From assembly GCF_009914755.1 (NCBI RefSeq), contig NC_060927.1: 64,000 bases of DNA. The stretch is one strand, 5' to 3'. The notes under the pieces are model-generated. The model was not told where the DNA came from and searched no databases. It worked only from the letters and a program-made list of their open reading frames with translations. This DNA is from the human T2T-CHM13v2.0 reference genome, Homo sapiens. Position numbers and translations under genes: made by a program. This document shows positions 32,667-46,552 of the stretch, in pieces; the first letter of the stretch is position 1; the number at the start of each line of letters is the position of its first letter.

Positions 32667-35600
32667 TGTGTATCAGCTTGAATGTTATTGGTGTATATAA
32701 ATATTACTGATGTGTGTACATTTATTTTCCATCCTGAAACATTACTGAAGTTGTTTATCAGTTCCAGGAGCCTTTTCACAGAGTCTTTGGGGGGTTTTCT
32801 AGGTATGGAATTGTATCATCCTCAAAGAGAGATAGTTTGACTTCCTTACCTGTTGGGATACCTTTTATTTCTTTCTCTTGTCTGATGGCTCTGGCTAGCA
32901 CTTCCAGTACTATGTTGAATAGGAGTAGTGACAGTGGGCATCCTTGTCTTTTTTCTGTTCTCAAGAGGAATGCTTCCAGCTTTTGTCCATTCAGTATGAT
33001 GTTGGCTGTGGGTTTATCATAGATAGCTCTTACTATTTTGAAGTATGTTCCCTCAATGCCTAGTTTCTTGAAGGTTTTCTATCATGAAGAAATGTTTGAT
33101 TTTAATGAAAGCTTTTCCCACATCTATTGAGATGATCATGTGGCTTTTGTTTTTAATTCTGTTTATGTGGTGAATCACATTTATGAATTTGCACATATTG
33201 AACCAACCTTGCATCCCAGGAATGAAGCCTACTTGATCATGGTGAATTAGCTTTTTGATGTGGTGTTGGATTCAATTAGCTAGTATTTTGTTGAGGATTT
33301 TTATGTCCATGTTTGTCAGGAATATTGACCTGTAGTTTTTTGTTGTTGTTGTTGTTGTTGTGTCTTTGCCAGGTTTTTCTATCAGGGTGATGCTGGCTTT
33401 GTAGAATTAGCTAGGGAGGAGTACCTCCTGTTTGATTTTTTGGAATAATTTCAGTAAACTGATACCAGATCTTCTTTGTACAGCTGGTAGAATTTGGCTG
33501 TGAATCCATGTGGTACGAAGCTTTCTTTGGTTGGTAGGTTTTTCATTAGTGGCTCAGTTTTGGTGCTCAATATTGGTCTAATCAGGATTTCGATTTCTTC
33601 CTGATTTAATCTTACGAGATTATCTGTTTCCAGGAATTTATCCATTTCCTCTAGATTTTCTAGTTTGTGTGTGTATAGGTGTTCATAATAGTTTAGAGGA
33701 TCTTATGTATTTCTGTGGGTTTGATTATAATGTCACTCTTGTCATTTCTGATTATGTTTATTTAGATCTTCCCTCTCTTTTTCTCTGTCTCTCATGTTTG
33801 CGTTCATGCAATGTAGCTAAGTCTATCAATCTTGTTTATCCTTTCAATGAACCATATGATCATCTCAACAGATGCAGAAAAAGCTTCAACATAATCCAAT
33901 ATCCCTTCATGATAAAAAGCCTCAACAAACCAGGCATTGAATGAACATACCTCAAAATAATAAGAACCATCTATGACAAACCCACTGCCAGCATCTTACT
34001 GAATAGGCAAAGCTAGAAGCATTCCCCTTGAGAGCCAGAACAAGACCTATTCAACATAGTACTGGAAGTGATAGCCAGAGCAATCAGGCAAGAGAAAGAT
34101 AAAAGACATCCAAATAGGAAAAGAAGAAGTCAAATATTCTGTCTTCAGGGGTGATATGATTCTATACCTAGAAAACTCTAAAGAGTCCACCAAAAGGTTT
34201 CAGCAACTAATAAACAACATCAGTAAAGTTTCAGGATACAAAATCAAAGTACAAAACTCAGTAGTATTTCTACACACCAATAACGTTCATGTTGAGAGCC
34301 AAATCCAGAATGCAATCGTATTTACAATCACCACACACAAAAAATACCTGGGAATACAACAAGCCAAGAAGGTGAAAGATCTCTATAAGGGGAACTACAA
34401 GACACTTTTGAAAGAAATAATAGATGACACAAACAAATGGAAAACCATTCAATTCCCAAGGATTGGAAGAATCAATATTTTTAAAATGGTCATACTGCCT
34501 GTGTTAGGCCATTCTTGCATGGCTATAAAGAAACACCCAAGACTGGGTAATTTATAAGAAAAGAGGTTTAACTGGCTCACAGTTCTGCAGGCTGTACAGG
34601 AAGCATAGAGGCATGGCATTGCTTGCTTCAGGAGAATTCAGGAAGCTTCCAATCATGGCAGAAAGCAAAGCGGAGCAGGCACATCATATGGTGAGAATGG
34701 GAGCAACAGCAAGAGAGATAGTGGGGGCAGGGAGGTGCCACACACTTTTAAATGACCAGATGTCACAAGAACTCACTCACTATAATGAAGACAGCACCAA
34801 GCCATGAGGGACCCACTGTGATCCAAACACTTTCTGCCAGGCCCTACCTTCAGCACTGGGGATTTCATTTCAACATGGGATTTGGGCAGGGACAATATCC
34901 AAACTGTATCACTGCCCAAAGCAATCTACATATTCAACACTATTCCTATCAAACTACCAATGACATTTTTCACAGAACTAGAAAAAACTGTTCTAAAATT
35001 CATATGGAGCCAACAACAAGCCCAAATAGCCAAAGCAAGCCTAGGCAAAAAGAACAAAGCTGGACGCATCACCTTACCCACCTTCAAACTATGCTTATAA
35101 GGTATAGTAATCAAAACAGCATAGTACTGGTACAAAAACAAATACATAGACCAATGGAAAAGAATAGAAAATCCAGAAATAAAGCCTCATATCTACAGCC
35201 ATCTGATCTTCAACAAAGTCAACAAAAATAAACAATGGGGAAAAGATTCCCTATTTAATAAATGGTGCTGGGATAGCTGGCTAGCCATATGCAGAAGAAT
35301 GAAACTAGTTTTCTAGCTTTCACCATATACAAAAATTAACACAAGATGGATTAAAGTTTTAAATATAAGACCTCAAACTATAAGAATCCCAGAAGAAAAC
35401 CTAGGAAACACTATTCTGGACACTGGCCTTTGGGAAACAATTTATGACTGAGTCCTCAAAAGCAATTGTAACCAAAACAAAAATTGAGAAGTGGGACCTA
35501 ATTAAATTAAAGAGCTCCTGCACAGCCAAAGAAACGATCAATAGAGTAAACAGACAACCTACAGAATGGGAGAAAATGTTTGCGAATTATGCATCCAATG

Positions 35601-36495
35601 AAAGTCAAATATCCAGAATCTATAAGGAACTTAAACAGTTGAACAAGCAAAAAACAACCCCATTAAAAAATGGGCAAAAGACACGAAGAGATACTTATCA
35701 AAAGAAGACATACAAGTGGCCAACAAACATATGAAAAAATGCTCAACATCACTAATCATTAGAGAAATGCACATCAAAACCACAATGAGCTACTATCTCA
35801 CACCAGTCAGAATGACCATTATTAAAAAGTCAAAAAAACAACAGATGCTGGTGAGGCTGCAGGGAAAGGGGAATGCTTATACACTGTTGGTGGGAATGTA
35901 AATTAGTTCAGTCACTGTGGAAAGCCATTTGGAGATTTCTCAAAGAACTTAAGACAGAACCACCATTCAATGCAGCAATCCCATTATTGGGCATATATCC
36001 AAAAGAAAACAAATTTTTCTACCAAGAAGACATCCACCTACATGTTCATCACAGCACTATTTACAATAGCAAATGCATGGAATCAACCTAGGTGCTAATC
36101 GGTGGTAAACTAGATAAAGAAAATGTGGTTCATATACACCCTGGACTACTACATAGCCATAAAAAAGAAAGCATCATGTCCTTTGCAGCAACATGGATAC
36201 AACTGGAGGACATTATCGTAAATGAATTAACATAGGCAAAGAAAATCAAATGTTACATATTCTCATTTACAAGTGGGAGCTAAATATTGGGTACTCATGG
36301 ACATAAAGATGGCAACAATAGAAACTGGGGAGGAGGGAGAGAGGCATGGGTTGAAAAATTAACTATTGGATACTACTATGCCTAGTACCTGGGTGACAAG
36401 ATCATCCATACCCCAAACCTCAGCATCACACAATATACCCAGGTAACCAACCTGCACATGTACCCTCTGAATCTAAAATAAGAGTTAAAAAAAAA
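32667..36495 (+). mobile_element. L1PA16-like element with an inverted 5' ORF2 segment (32667-33854 minus; 33850-36495 plus)
   Basis: ORF2 fragments on both strands; AACCA microhomology at the junction; 3'UTR acataaagatggcaacaatag...ccccaaacctcagcatcac and A tail. Confidence 0.85.
34500..34911 (-). mobile_element. MSTA-type MaLR solo LTR inserted in L1 ORF2
   Basis: tgtgttaggccattcttgc...aaactgtatca; 5-bp TSD ctgcc at 34495-34499 and 34912-34916 splits ORF2 at ILP/K. Confidence 0.9.
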
Positions 36496-38144
36496 GAAAG
36501 AACATAAGGAATGACACAAGAAAGGACACGGTGACCACTGTGAAGCCAGTCTCCAGGACAGGACAAAGACATTTGGTACCATGGGGAAGCTCCTGTTGAA
36601 AGCAAGACTCGAGGAAAGCGGGGAAAAAAAATCTGTGTTTTTTGCTAGCCAACCTTAATCACCATCCTCACCTCATCCCCAGCCAGGGCCATCCTATCAG
36701 CCTATTAGACTTCTAAGGAAAGGCAGAGAGGAGCACAAAGGAAAGAAGGGGTAGGTAGAAAAGCTGCTGAGGCATAGAATTCATTGACTTCTACAGATGG
36801 AAGGGCCTTGAAAATTACCCAACCCAACCCCTTTACTTATAGCTATGGGAATAGAGCCAAAGAGATAAAATGACACCAAGGTTATATAGCTAGTTAAGTG
36901 ACACAGCCAAGGCTAGAAACTTGGTCTCACTCATTACCCCTACATGATGCTAGGTACTGTGTTGGTTCCTAACCTTGGCTCTTCTACTGCCACGCCAGTA
37001 TAACTTACATACACATATGGGGAGGCAGCATGGAATTAAAGGAAGAACTGAAGCTGATTAATCCCTCCCTCCAAGCCAGCACATTGAGTATGGGTTGTTT
37101 CAGAAATAATTTGGCTTATTAATTCCAACTAGGAAGGGCCTGCCAACTTAGGAAAGGGATGGGGGCTGAAGAGCTGATCATGAAGATGCTGTGTATGTAC
37201 CATCTGGTGTACATTGGAAAAAAGTGTCATTTGTCTTAAATTGAGTTCCAAGTCATAATTTCTTCACTCACAACCTTTACTCCCTAAGAGACTACCAGCA
37301 ATGAGCTGGTGATTTCAATTCCTTCCAGATGGAAAAATGTTGATGTCATCCCAAACCTTGCCTCTGTGAGAGTCATTTTATTCTTCCCAGCATAATAGAG
37401 CAGCTGAAGCAGAGGTGTCAGAGTTGGAAGGAGTCCCTGAGACTAAACCGGCCCCTCTAGAGCCATTTCCTATCTGTCAAGGTTGCACTTCTCAGACTAA
37501 GGAGAGAAATTTGTGCTGTGGCTGCACTAGTGGCACCTTCTTGGGAAACAGAAGATTTGGTTCTGCACTTGCCAACCAATTCCTGTTATCAGCCTTTAAC
37601 TTACATTATATTTTAAGCAGAGAGGTCCTTATTTAGACAAGCTAAATAAAACTTTTGTGAGAGAATGATTCCAGGCTGGTCCCCAGAGGGATGGATGGAA
37701 TGTATAGCTTGATTGTTCCCCTGCCTCTCTGATTGCAGTGATCATTTCAACAGAAGCAGCAAGTCGACTTTTAGCAATGTGGACTTTCCATGGCAAGAGG
37801 ATTACAGAGGTTTCCTTCAAAGGGTCGTTTTGGAGGCTAACGTTGGGGGAGAAGAATAACCTCAGATCAATTTTCAAGATTCTTACTTTGTGCCTAATAA
37901 TTAACTGTATTGCTGAGATGACTCATCACCCATAGCTACATCCACCAAACAGATGGGTGACGCCACATAGCTGGGAGTAAAGTGAAGCTGTAGAGACTGA
38001 GAGCAAAACAAAACTGAAAACATTTACTACAAACTTACCCTCTGACCTCTCTGTCACACACCATACCTGGAGGACAGCAGCTCCATCTAGGTGAGACAGA
38101 CTATTATATGATAGGTGAGCTTCATAACAACTCTACTGGGTTGG

Positions 38145-38230
38145 AGGGTGACCAACCATCCCAGTTTGCCCAGTACTGAGAGGGCCCCTGGGATGTCACA
38201 TTTAACTTTAAAATCAGAATAGTCCTGCAA
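38145..38230. mobile_element. MER94-like hAT-Blackjack fragment
   Basis: agggtgaccaaccatcccagtttgccc terminus. Confidence 0.6.
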
Positions 38231-38614
38231 CTTCATTTTCCCCTGCCTCCAATTTACTAATTAGGAATTTGAGACTCCAAGAAATCAAGAAACTCATTCA
38301 AGATCACATACGGTTTAATGGCAGATCTGAATTCATATCCTATTCCAACTTCAAAGGCAGGACTCTCCTTCCAATGCCTGTTGATATTTCTATGTAGTGA
38401 CAGAGAAAGTGTGAAAATATTAAATAGATGAATGTTTACTTGTATTTCTCCAGACTAGGGGCCTATTTAACAAGAAAACAGTCTTAAAAACCCAGGCTTG
38501 GATGAGAAATGTTTCCTAAATTTCTTTGGGAAGGAAGCATAGAGAACTCAGATCATAAAGTATTTCTCATATTTTACAGAAGATACAACCCAATTGTGAA
38601 GACTAGACCATGAG

Positions 38615-38739
38615 TAGGGAAACCCTATATTCCAGTGTTCCAGTCCTGGTTTATTCCTGTTGTTCTGATGAAACATTACAACTGCTCCCTTTCACGCTCA
38701 AAAAAGTTCTAGTTTCGATGATAAATTATATCATCCCCA
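38615..38739. mobile_element. MER81-like MITE
   Basis: ccctttcacgctcaaaaaag...gatgataaattata matches the MER81 reverse complement. Confidence 0.65.
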
Positions 38740-39055
38740 AGCCAAGAGGCTCACCATTTCATGGTAGAAGAAGAATGTGAGATTGGAAAGAAAAGAAAGC
38801 CCACTCTTTCTGACTGAGGAGTTTTGAGAAGAGACAAATGAGAGGAAAGCAAAAGTAGATGATATAGAAAGGAACCAGGCAATGGAATGCTGGAGTCAGC
38901 TTATACAGGCTAGCAAAGTCTCCTTTTAAATATTCACACATTTTTTAAGCAGAGTGCAAATATTGATACCCTGCTCAGAAATCAGAAAATGTTACAAACA
39001 AGGGCCTTTTCTCCCCCATAGATCGAGTGACCAGCACACTCTTGGTTCCAAAGCA

Positions 39056-39125
39056 CTCTCTTTTCTCTTTCTCTCTTTCTCATTCTCTCTCTCTTTCTCT
39101 GTCTCTTTCTCATTCTCTCTTTCTT

Positions 39126-39172
<47 letters not shown>

Positions 39173-39178
39173 TACACA
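39056..39178. repeat. (CT)-rich then (CA)n microsatellite
   Basis: Direct reading. Confidence 0.9.
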
Positions 39179-39232
39179 GTCTATGACTAAAATGACAGGA
39201 GTGCTTTAGAAGTACCAAATTAAGTCAACTGA

Positions 39233-39548
<316 letters not shown>

Positions 39549-39689
39549 AACAGCAACCTTTATTCCAGCTTCTCATCTGGGCCTCTGGAAGGATGTTACC
39601 ACCTAGATTAATGTGGGGTGTGTTACTTTCATGCAAACCTAGTTGTACAGTGTAGTTAAGCAGAGAAAGGCACACAAATTTATCTTTCC

Positions 39690-40440
39690 TAAGTCACTTT
39701 CAGTTGCCCATGGCATGTATAACTCAAATTTAGTTGATAACCTATCTGAAAAACTTGCCAAAGAGTGCCTGCCAACCTGAGGTGACTCTCAGCAGAGGGA
39801 ACCACCTAGATCAAGACCAAATGTATAATAAGGTCTCAGCTCAATTCCAGAGGGGTTCACAGATGAGGCAAGAATGCCAGGGATGGTTACTGTCCCCGGT
39901 GGAGCCAAAAGGAACCTGAGCAAGTATTATGCTGGCCACTGACCTTAATGAATGCCTGCAAGGCCAGTGGTGACCAAGTGGACAAAGGGCATCTCTGTGA
40001 GTCCAGAAGAGCAGAGGGCACATAATAGTAAGCACTTAACAAATACGTGCTGTCCCTCAACTTATGTCTATTTTTCTTCCCGACTACTGGCCCTGGTGTC
40101 TTTGGGCCCAACATTAGATACAAAGCAGTAACCTCAAATAGACTGCTTAGCCAGCTTCCACGACTGTTTGAGATCTAACTCCTGCTAAAAATTCCCTGAG
40201 CCGAGATTACACCACTGCACTGCAGCCTGGATGACAGAGTGAGACTCTGTCTCAAAAAAAAAAAAAAGAAAGAAAAAATTCTCTTACTCTATATTTCTCA
40301 TCTCTGATCAAACACTAACTGTGAAAAAAATTGGTACTAGGAGTGGTTTCAGTGAAGCAAAACTTTAAAGACGGGTTCTTGAATTGCCTCTGGGTTTTCT
40401 ATAAGTGTTACCCTGATCTGATTAGATTTTACCTACTTCC
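39690..40440 (+). mobile_element. ERVL LTR (LTR41-like) plus PBS, containing a 5'-truncated Alu tail at 40198-40275
   Basis: tagactgcttagccagcttccac and ctgatcaaacactaactg LTR end; PBS-like ttggtactaggagtggt at 40331. Confidence 0.55.
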
Positions 40441-40544
40441 AGGGGTAAACAACATACTGATAATTCACGGCATGCGGAGGCAAAACTTACGTACTCATCT
40501 TCCACCTGCAAACATAGGTAATCATCTGCCATTAGGAGTCAAGC

Positions 40545-42737
40545 CTTTTTTTTTTTTCCTGTAAGTTTTTGGGGAACAGGTGGTGTTTGGTTACATGAAT
40601 AAATTCTTTAGTGGGGATTTCTGAGATTTTGGTGCACCCATCACCCAAGCAATGTAAACCATACCCAATGTGTAGTATTTTATCCTTCACCCCACTTTCA
40701 CCCTTTCCCCCAAGTCCCCAAAATTTATTATGTCATTCTTATGCCTTTGCATCCTCATAGCTTAGCTCCCACTTATAAGTGAGAACATACAATGTTTGGT
40801 TTTCCATTCCTGGGTTACTTCACTTAGAATAGTGATTTCTTCCAGTACTGTTTTATAGTTTTCCTTGTAGAGGCCTTTCACCTCCTTGCTTAGGTTTTCT
40901 TTTTTCTTTTTGTAGCTATTGTAAAAGGGGTTGAGTTCTTGATTTGATTCTCAGCTTGGTCATTGTCGGTGTATAGCTATTGATTTGTGTACATTAATTT
41001 TGTATCCTGAAACTTTGCTGAATTCATTTATCAGTTCCTGGACCTTTTGGGGAGTCTTAGCGTTTTCCAGGTATACAATCATGTCATCAGCAAACAGAAA
41101 ATTTGACTTTCTCTTTACCAATTTGGATGCCCTTTATTTATTTTTCTTGTCTGATTATTCTGGCTAGGTCTTCCAGTACTATGTTGAATAGAAGTAGTGA
41201 AAGAGGGCATCCTTGTCTTGTTCCAGTTCTCACGGGGGATGCTTTCAACTTTTCCCTATTCAGTGTAATGTTGGCTGTGGGTTTGTCATAGATGGCTTTT
41301 ATGACCTTAAGGTATGTCCCTTCTATGTCGATTTTGCTGAGGGTTTTAATCACAAAGTGATGCTAGATCTTGTCAAATGCTTTTTCTGTGTCTATTGAGA
41401 TGATCATATGATTTTTTGTTTTTAATTCTGTTTATGTAGTGTATCACATTTATTGACATGCAGATGTTAAACCATCTCTGCATCCCTGGTATGAAACCCA
41501 CTTGATCATGGTGGATTATCTTTTTGATATGCTGTTGGATTCGGTTAGCTAGTATTTTGTTGAGGATTTTTGCATCTACATTCATCAGGGATATTGGTCT
41601 GTAGTTTTCTCCTTTTTTTGTTATGTTCTTTCCTGGTTTTTGGTATTAGGGTGATATTGACTTCATAAAATGATTTAGGGAGGAGTCTCTCTTTTTCTGT
41701 CTTGTGGAATAGTGTCAATAGGATTGGTACCAATTCTTCTTTGAATGTCTCATGGAACTCAGCTGTGAATCCATCTGGTCCTGGACTTTTTTTGTTGGCA
41801 ATGTTTTTGTTACATTTCAATGTTGCTGCATGTTATTGGTCTGTTTAAAGTTTCTATTTCTTCCTGTTTTAATCTAGGAGGGTTGTATATTTCCAGGAAT
41901 TTATCTATCTCCTGTAGGTTTTCTAATTTATGTGAGTAAAGGTGTTCATGGTAGCCTTGAATGATCTTTTGTGTTTCTTAAGACTGCTCCCTAAATAATT
42001 TATGAAGTCAATATCACCCTAATACCAAATGTAATATGTCCCATTTCATTTCTAATTGAGGTTATTTAGATCTTCTCTCTTCTTTTCTTGGTTAATCTCG
42101 CTAATAAATAATAAATAAATAATAAACCTTATTTATCTTTTAAAAGAACCAGCTTTTTGATTCATTTATCTTTCATATTGTTTTGTTTGTTTGTTTGTTT
42201 CAATTTCATTTAGTTCTGCTCTGATATTGGTTATTTCTTTTCTTCTGCTGGGTTTGGGTTTGGTTTGCTCTTGTTTCTCTAACTCCTTGAGATGTGACCT
42301 TAGATTGTCTATTTGTGCTCCTTCAGACTTTTTGATGTAGGCATTTAATGCTATAAACTTTCCTCTTAGTACCACCTTTGCTGTATCCCGGAGGTTTTCA
42401 TAGGTTGTGTCACTATTATCATTGAGTTCAAAGAATTTCTAAATTTCCTTCTTGATTTCATTGTTGTCCCAAGGATCATTCAGGAGCAGGTTATTTAATT
42501 TCCATGTATTTGCATGGTTTTGAGGCTTCCTTTTGGAGTTGATTTTCAATTTTATTCCCCTGTGGTCTGAGAGAGTACTTGCTATAATTTTGATTTTCTT
42601 AAATTCGTTGAGTCTTGTTTTGTGGCCTATTATATGGTCTATCTTAGAGAAAGTTCCACGTGCTGATGCATAGAATGTATATTCTGCGGTTGTTGGCAGA
42701 ACGTTCTGTAAATATCTGTTAAGTTCATTTGTTCTGA
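40545..42737 (-). mobile_element. L1PB-type fragment with a large internal ORF2 deletion
   Basis: L1PB 3'UTR (gatttctgagattttggtgcacccatcaccc); ORF2 jumps at ~40835 from YKTVLEEI to ILSEVTQEWK; EN/RT-region ORFs in the track. Confidence 0.85.
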
Positions 42738-42739
42738 TG

Positions 42740-43630
42740 ATGCAAAAGTAGTAATGGGAAAGCTGCTAGTGCATTAGCCAGCACATTAGTCTTCACTGCC
42801 ACACACAATAAAAAGAGAAATGCAAGTGACCCTTAAGAATATATTTGATGAAACAGTAAAAACATTATTATTTGTATTCAATTTCAATGCTTGAAGGCAT
42901 GTCTTTTTAATATTCTGTGTAGTGAAATGGAAAGTACACATAAAGCACTTCTGCTATACACAAAAATACAATGATCATCTTAAGAAAAGGCACATCTGTG
43001 ATTACTTGAGTTGTGAGCTGAACTAGCCAGTATTGTTTTTCATGGAATACCATATTTTGCTTGAAAGAATGACTGACAGACAAAATATAACCATTTTCTT
43101 AAAAATAAAGTGGGCCTGTCACTTCAATTAAAACAACTGGCATCATTTGTTGATGATAAAAATTTGAACTTTCAAGTAAAAATGAGAGTTATGGAAAACT
43201 TGTATCTGCCACTATAAGATATGACAACTTTTAAATTTCTGATATTAACAATTGTGACTTTTAGTCTTGTAGAATGAAATGTGTCAACATTTGAAAATCT
43301 GCATAATTCAGTGACAAATATTTTGCAAATGACCAGTGCATGCTATTACTAAATCATAAAAGATCCATTCAAATTTCAATATAATGGACTTTAACAGTAT
43401 AAACAAATTTTTGCTGATATAGTTTCAATTTCACATTGTAGTTAACCATTAAGAAAGTATATTTACCAAATTTTGGTATAGTATCAAAGAAAAATTTTTA
43501 AACTTCTCAGTTTTAATTTCTAAGATGGTAAATAATAATAGATGTAATTCAAATAAATAAAAAGTCTTTGGAGTTCTTAATAATTTTTAAGAAAGCAAAG
43601 GAGTCTGAGACCAAAAAGTTCACAACAGGC
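42740..43630 (+). mobile_element. Charlie1-type hAT DNA transposon fragment
   Basis: gaaatggaaagtacacataaagcacttctgct, tgagttgtgagctgaactagcc, tgagaccaaaaagtt terminus. Confidence 0.8.
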
Positions 43631-43634
43631 TACC

Positions 43635-44200
43635 ACAGAGGAAGGTGCCCAAAGGCTTAAGGAGTTCTAAATGCTAGAGTACGTTTACCTTGTAAGACCT
43701 TCCCCTTCAACTACATCCCCTAAGAGAGTCCAGAGGACACTCCTTTTACCAAGTCTATAAGAAATATTTTCAAAAAGGGAGCTCCAGCATCCTTGATCTT
43801 TTCTTTGTTGCTATCTAACTGGTCCCTTGAATTCAGTGGGAATGATTGGATCCAGGGGTGGCAGGCTTTATCACCAGAAACAAGGTGGATGTGGTTACTG
43901 TAATGGGCAAAGCAATAAACAGCCAAAGCAATAAACAGAATGGTTTAAATCTCAGAGACCACTGGTGTTGGCCAGTTAATTTTAGTGTCTGTAGCACTGA
44001 ATAGATGGACAGTCTAGTGAAGTTTTACTTAATTTGGAAAAGCAGAAAAGTTCCAGGTTTGCTCAATGGATGTCTGACTTGAATCACCATAATAGAAACT
44101 TGTGACCTCTTAACCAATTCCTTTGGTTCACAGATCCGGAGCCCTTTAAAAGAAGAGGTGGCTGAGTCCTCTTGAGGAAGTCCTCTTTAGGCAGCCAAAA
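43635..44200 (+). mobile_element. Second ERVL gag remnant
   Basis: caaaggcttaaggag..atgctagag and ccagaggacactccttttaccaag (QRLKE..MLE; PEDTPFTK), homologous to 4230-4360. Confidence 0.65.
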
Positions 44201-44208
44201 ATTGTATG

Positions 44209-44855
<647 letters not shown>

Positions 44856-45392
44856 AGATCTAAATCGTCTTCCTAGCCTTCCCTTCCTAACAAGAGGCTT
44901 ATATCCGAGCTCCCTAGGGGCTTGAAACTGTTCTAATTGACCATGGTTTTTCCATTTAAATCTTACCTGTCAAGCTAGTCATCATCTGGTGAAAGACCCC
45001 ACTTGGGCCAAGAAGTTGAGCACAAGTCCCCACAAACACAGGGCCCTGCAGCATGGACCTGGTGTCCACAGGATTCATACAAACTCACCTTCCCCCATAA
45101 GGGGAAGTGTCCCATCTTGTCTATGCCTCGTCTCCTCTACATCTCCCATCTTTATTTATCAGAGTTCTCTTTTGCTTCTGGCCCATGTTTGCCTTCAAGG
45201 TTTTTGTCTATCAACTCAGCTAGTGGTAGGTCTGTTCTACATGAGGGGAGTCTTCTAAATTTGGAATTGAGAAGATACAGGCAAGATACCAATGTCATGT
45301 TACTATTAGCCACAGCTTTACCTCCCATCCCAAAGTAAAGCTATGTCCTAAGAATGTTCCAAGTCATGTGGGACTTAGCCCTGCCATAGTTG

Positions 45393-45553
45393 TTTTCTTC
45401 TTCTTTTGATACAGGGTTTTGCTCTGTCACCCAGGCTGGAGTGCAGTGGCATGATCATAGCCCACTATAACCTCAAACTCCTGGGCTCAAGCGATCCTCT
45501 TGCCTTAGCCTCCCAGAGTGTTGAGATTACAGGCATGAGCCACTGCACTTGCC
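45393..45553 (-). mobile_element. Alu monomer (FRAM, or AluJ left/right recombinant)
   Basis: Single ~150-bp arm with a left-arm 5' half and a right-arm 3' half; degenerate flanks ctgccatagt/ctgctgtagt. Confidence 0.8.
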
Positions 45554-46552
45554 TGCTGTAGTCTTCTTAAAGGCCTGGCAGCACATATTACTCATGAAAA
45601 AGTTGGTTCATAGAAGAAGCTCAGGAAATGTGTGCTGAATGAATGGACGAATGTTCATTATCAACCTTGTTGGATGTGAGTGTTGAGAGCAGTGCCCAGA
45701 GCACCTGAACACTACATCTTAGTAGCTGGAAAACCCCAGCTCCATACTTCATATAAGAATGTATAGTCCATGTGATTCTAGAACAAGCTAAAAGGCATAT
45801 GCCAGATATACTACTAAGCTAGATAATGACAGGAAAGTTAAATTTCAGCTCCACCCACTGGAGCCCTCAGGTCAGACTTCTGTAATGTGAATTTTCTATG
45901 TAGCTGAGGATGTCCCTTTCAGGATCAAACATTTTCATTGGAGGCTTTTGAAATTATATATTTTTTCATTTTTATATATATTTCATATTTTTCATTTTCT
46001 ATATGTAGCAAGTGAAAATGTTAATATACATAATAAAAATATATAGAGAGAGTATATACTTCAATCTGCCTTCTTAACCAGAGCCTGTTATACATAATTC
46101 ACTGCGTTTTGAACATCAAATTATATACTAAATATTGAATGTAGTTTTTGATGTAGTAATCCAGTTTCTGTGACAATTTGATATGTCTACAAGTTAGTCA
46201 AGAATAAGGCTGTGTCTCAAAGAATTATTCCAAAGCTAGGTACTGGGGTGAGCTAAAGTTCCCCTAATGTTCTTTATCTTCAGGGGGACAGTTCAAGAAC
46301 TATGTCTGTTGTGTGCCTAATTCACGTCAGGCGCTGTGCGAGGGGCAGGGTAAAAAGGAAGAATAAGACTCTGTGAGGACAGAAAGAGCTCAGTCCTCAC
46401 AGAAGTTCCTTTAGGAGACAGGATGAGAAGTCCTGGGAGCCTTTTTTTCTACAATTTGTCCTCTACCTCCTCCAAATTGAATTGTGACCAAATATCTTTT
46501 CCAAGGTTCTTTTTCAAACAGTTGCTCTGTTTTTCTTAGAGAAAAAGTTTTT

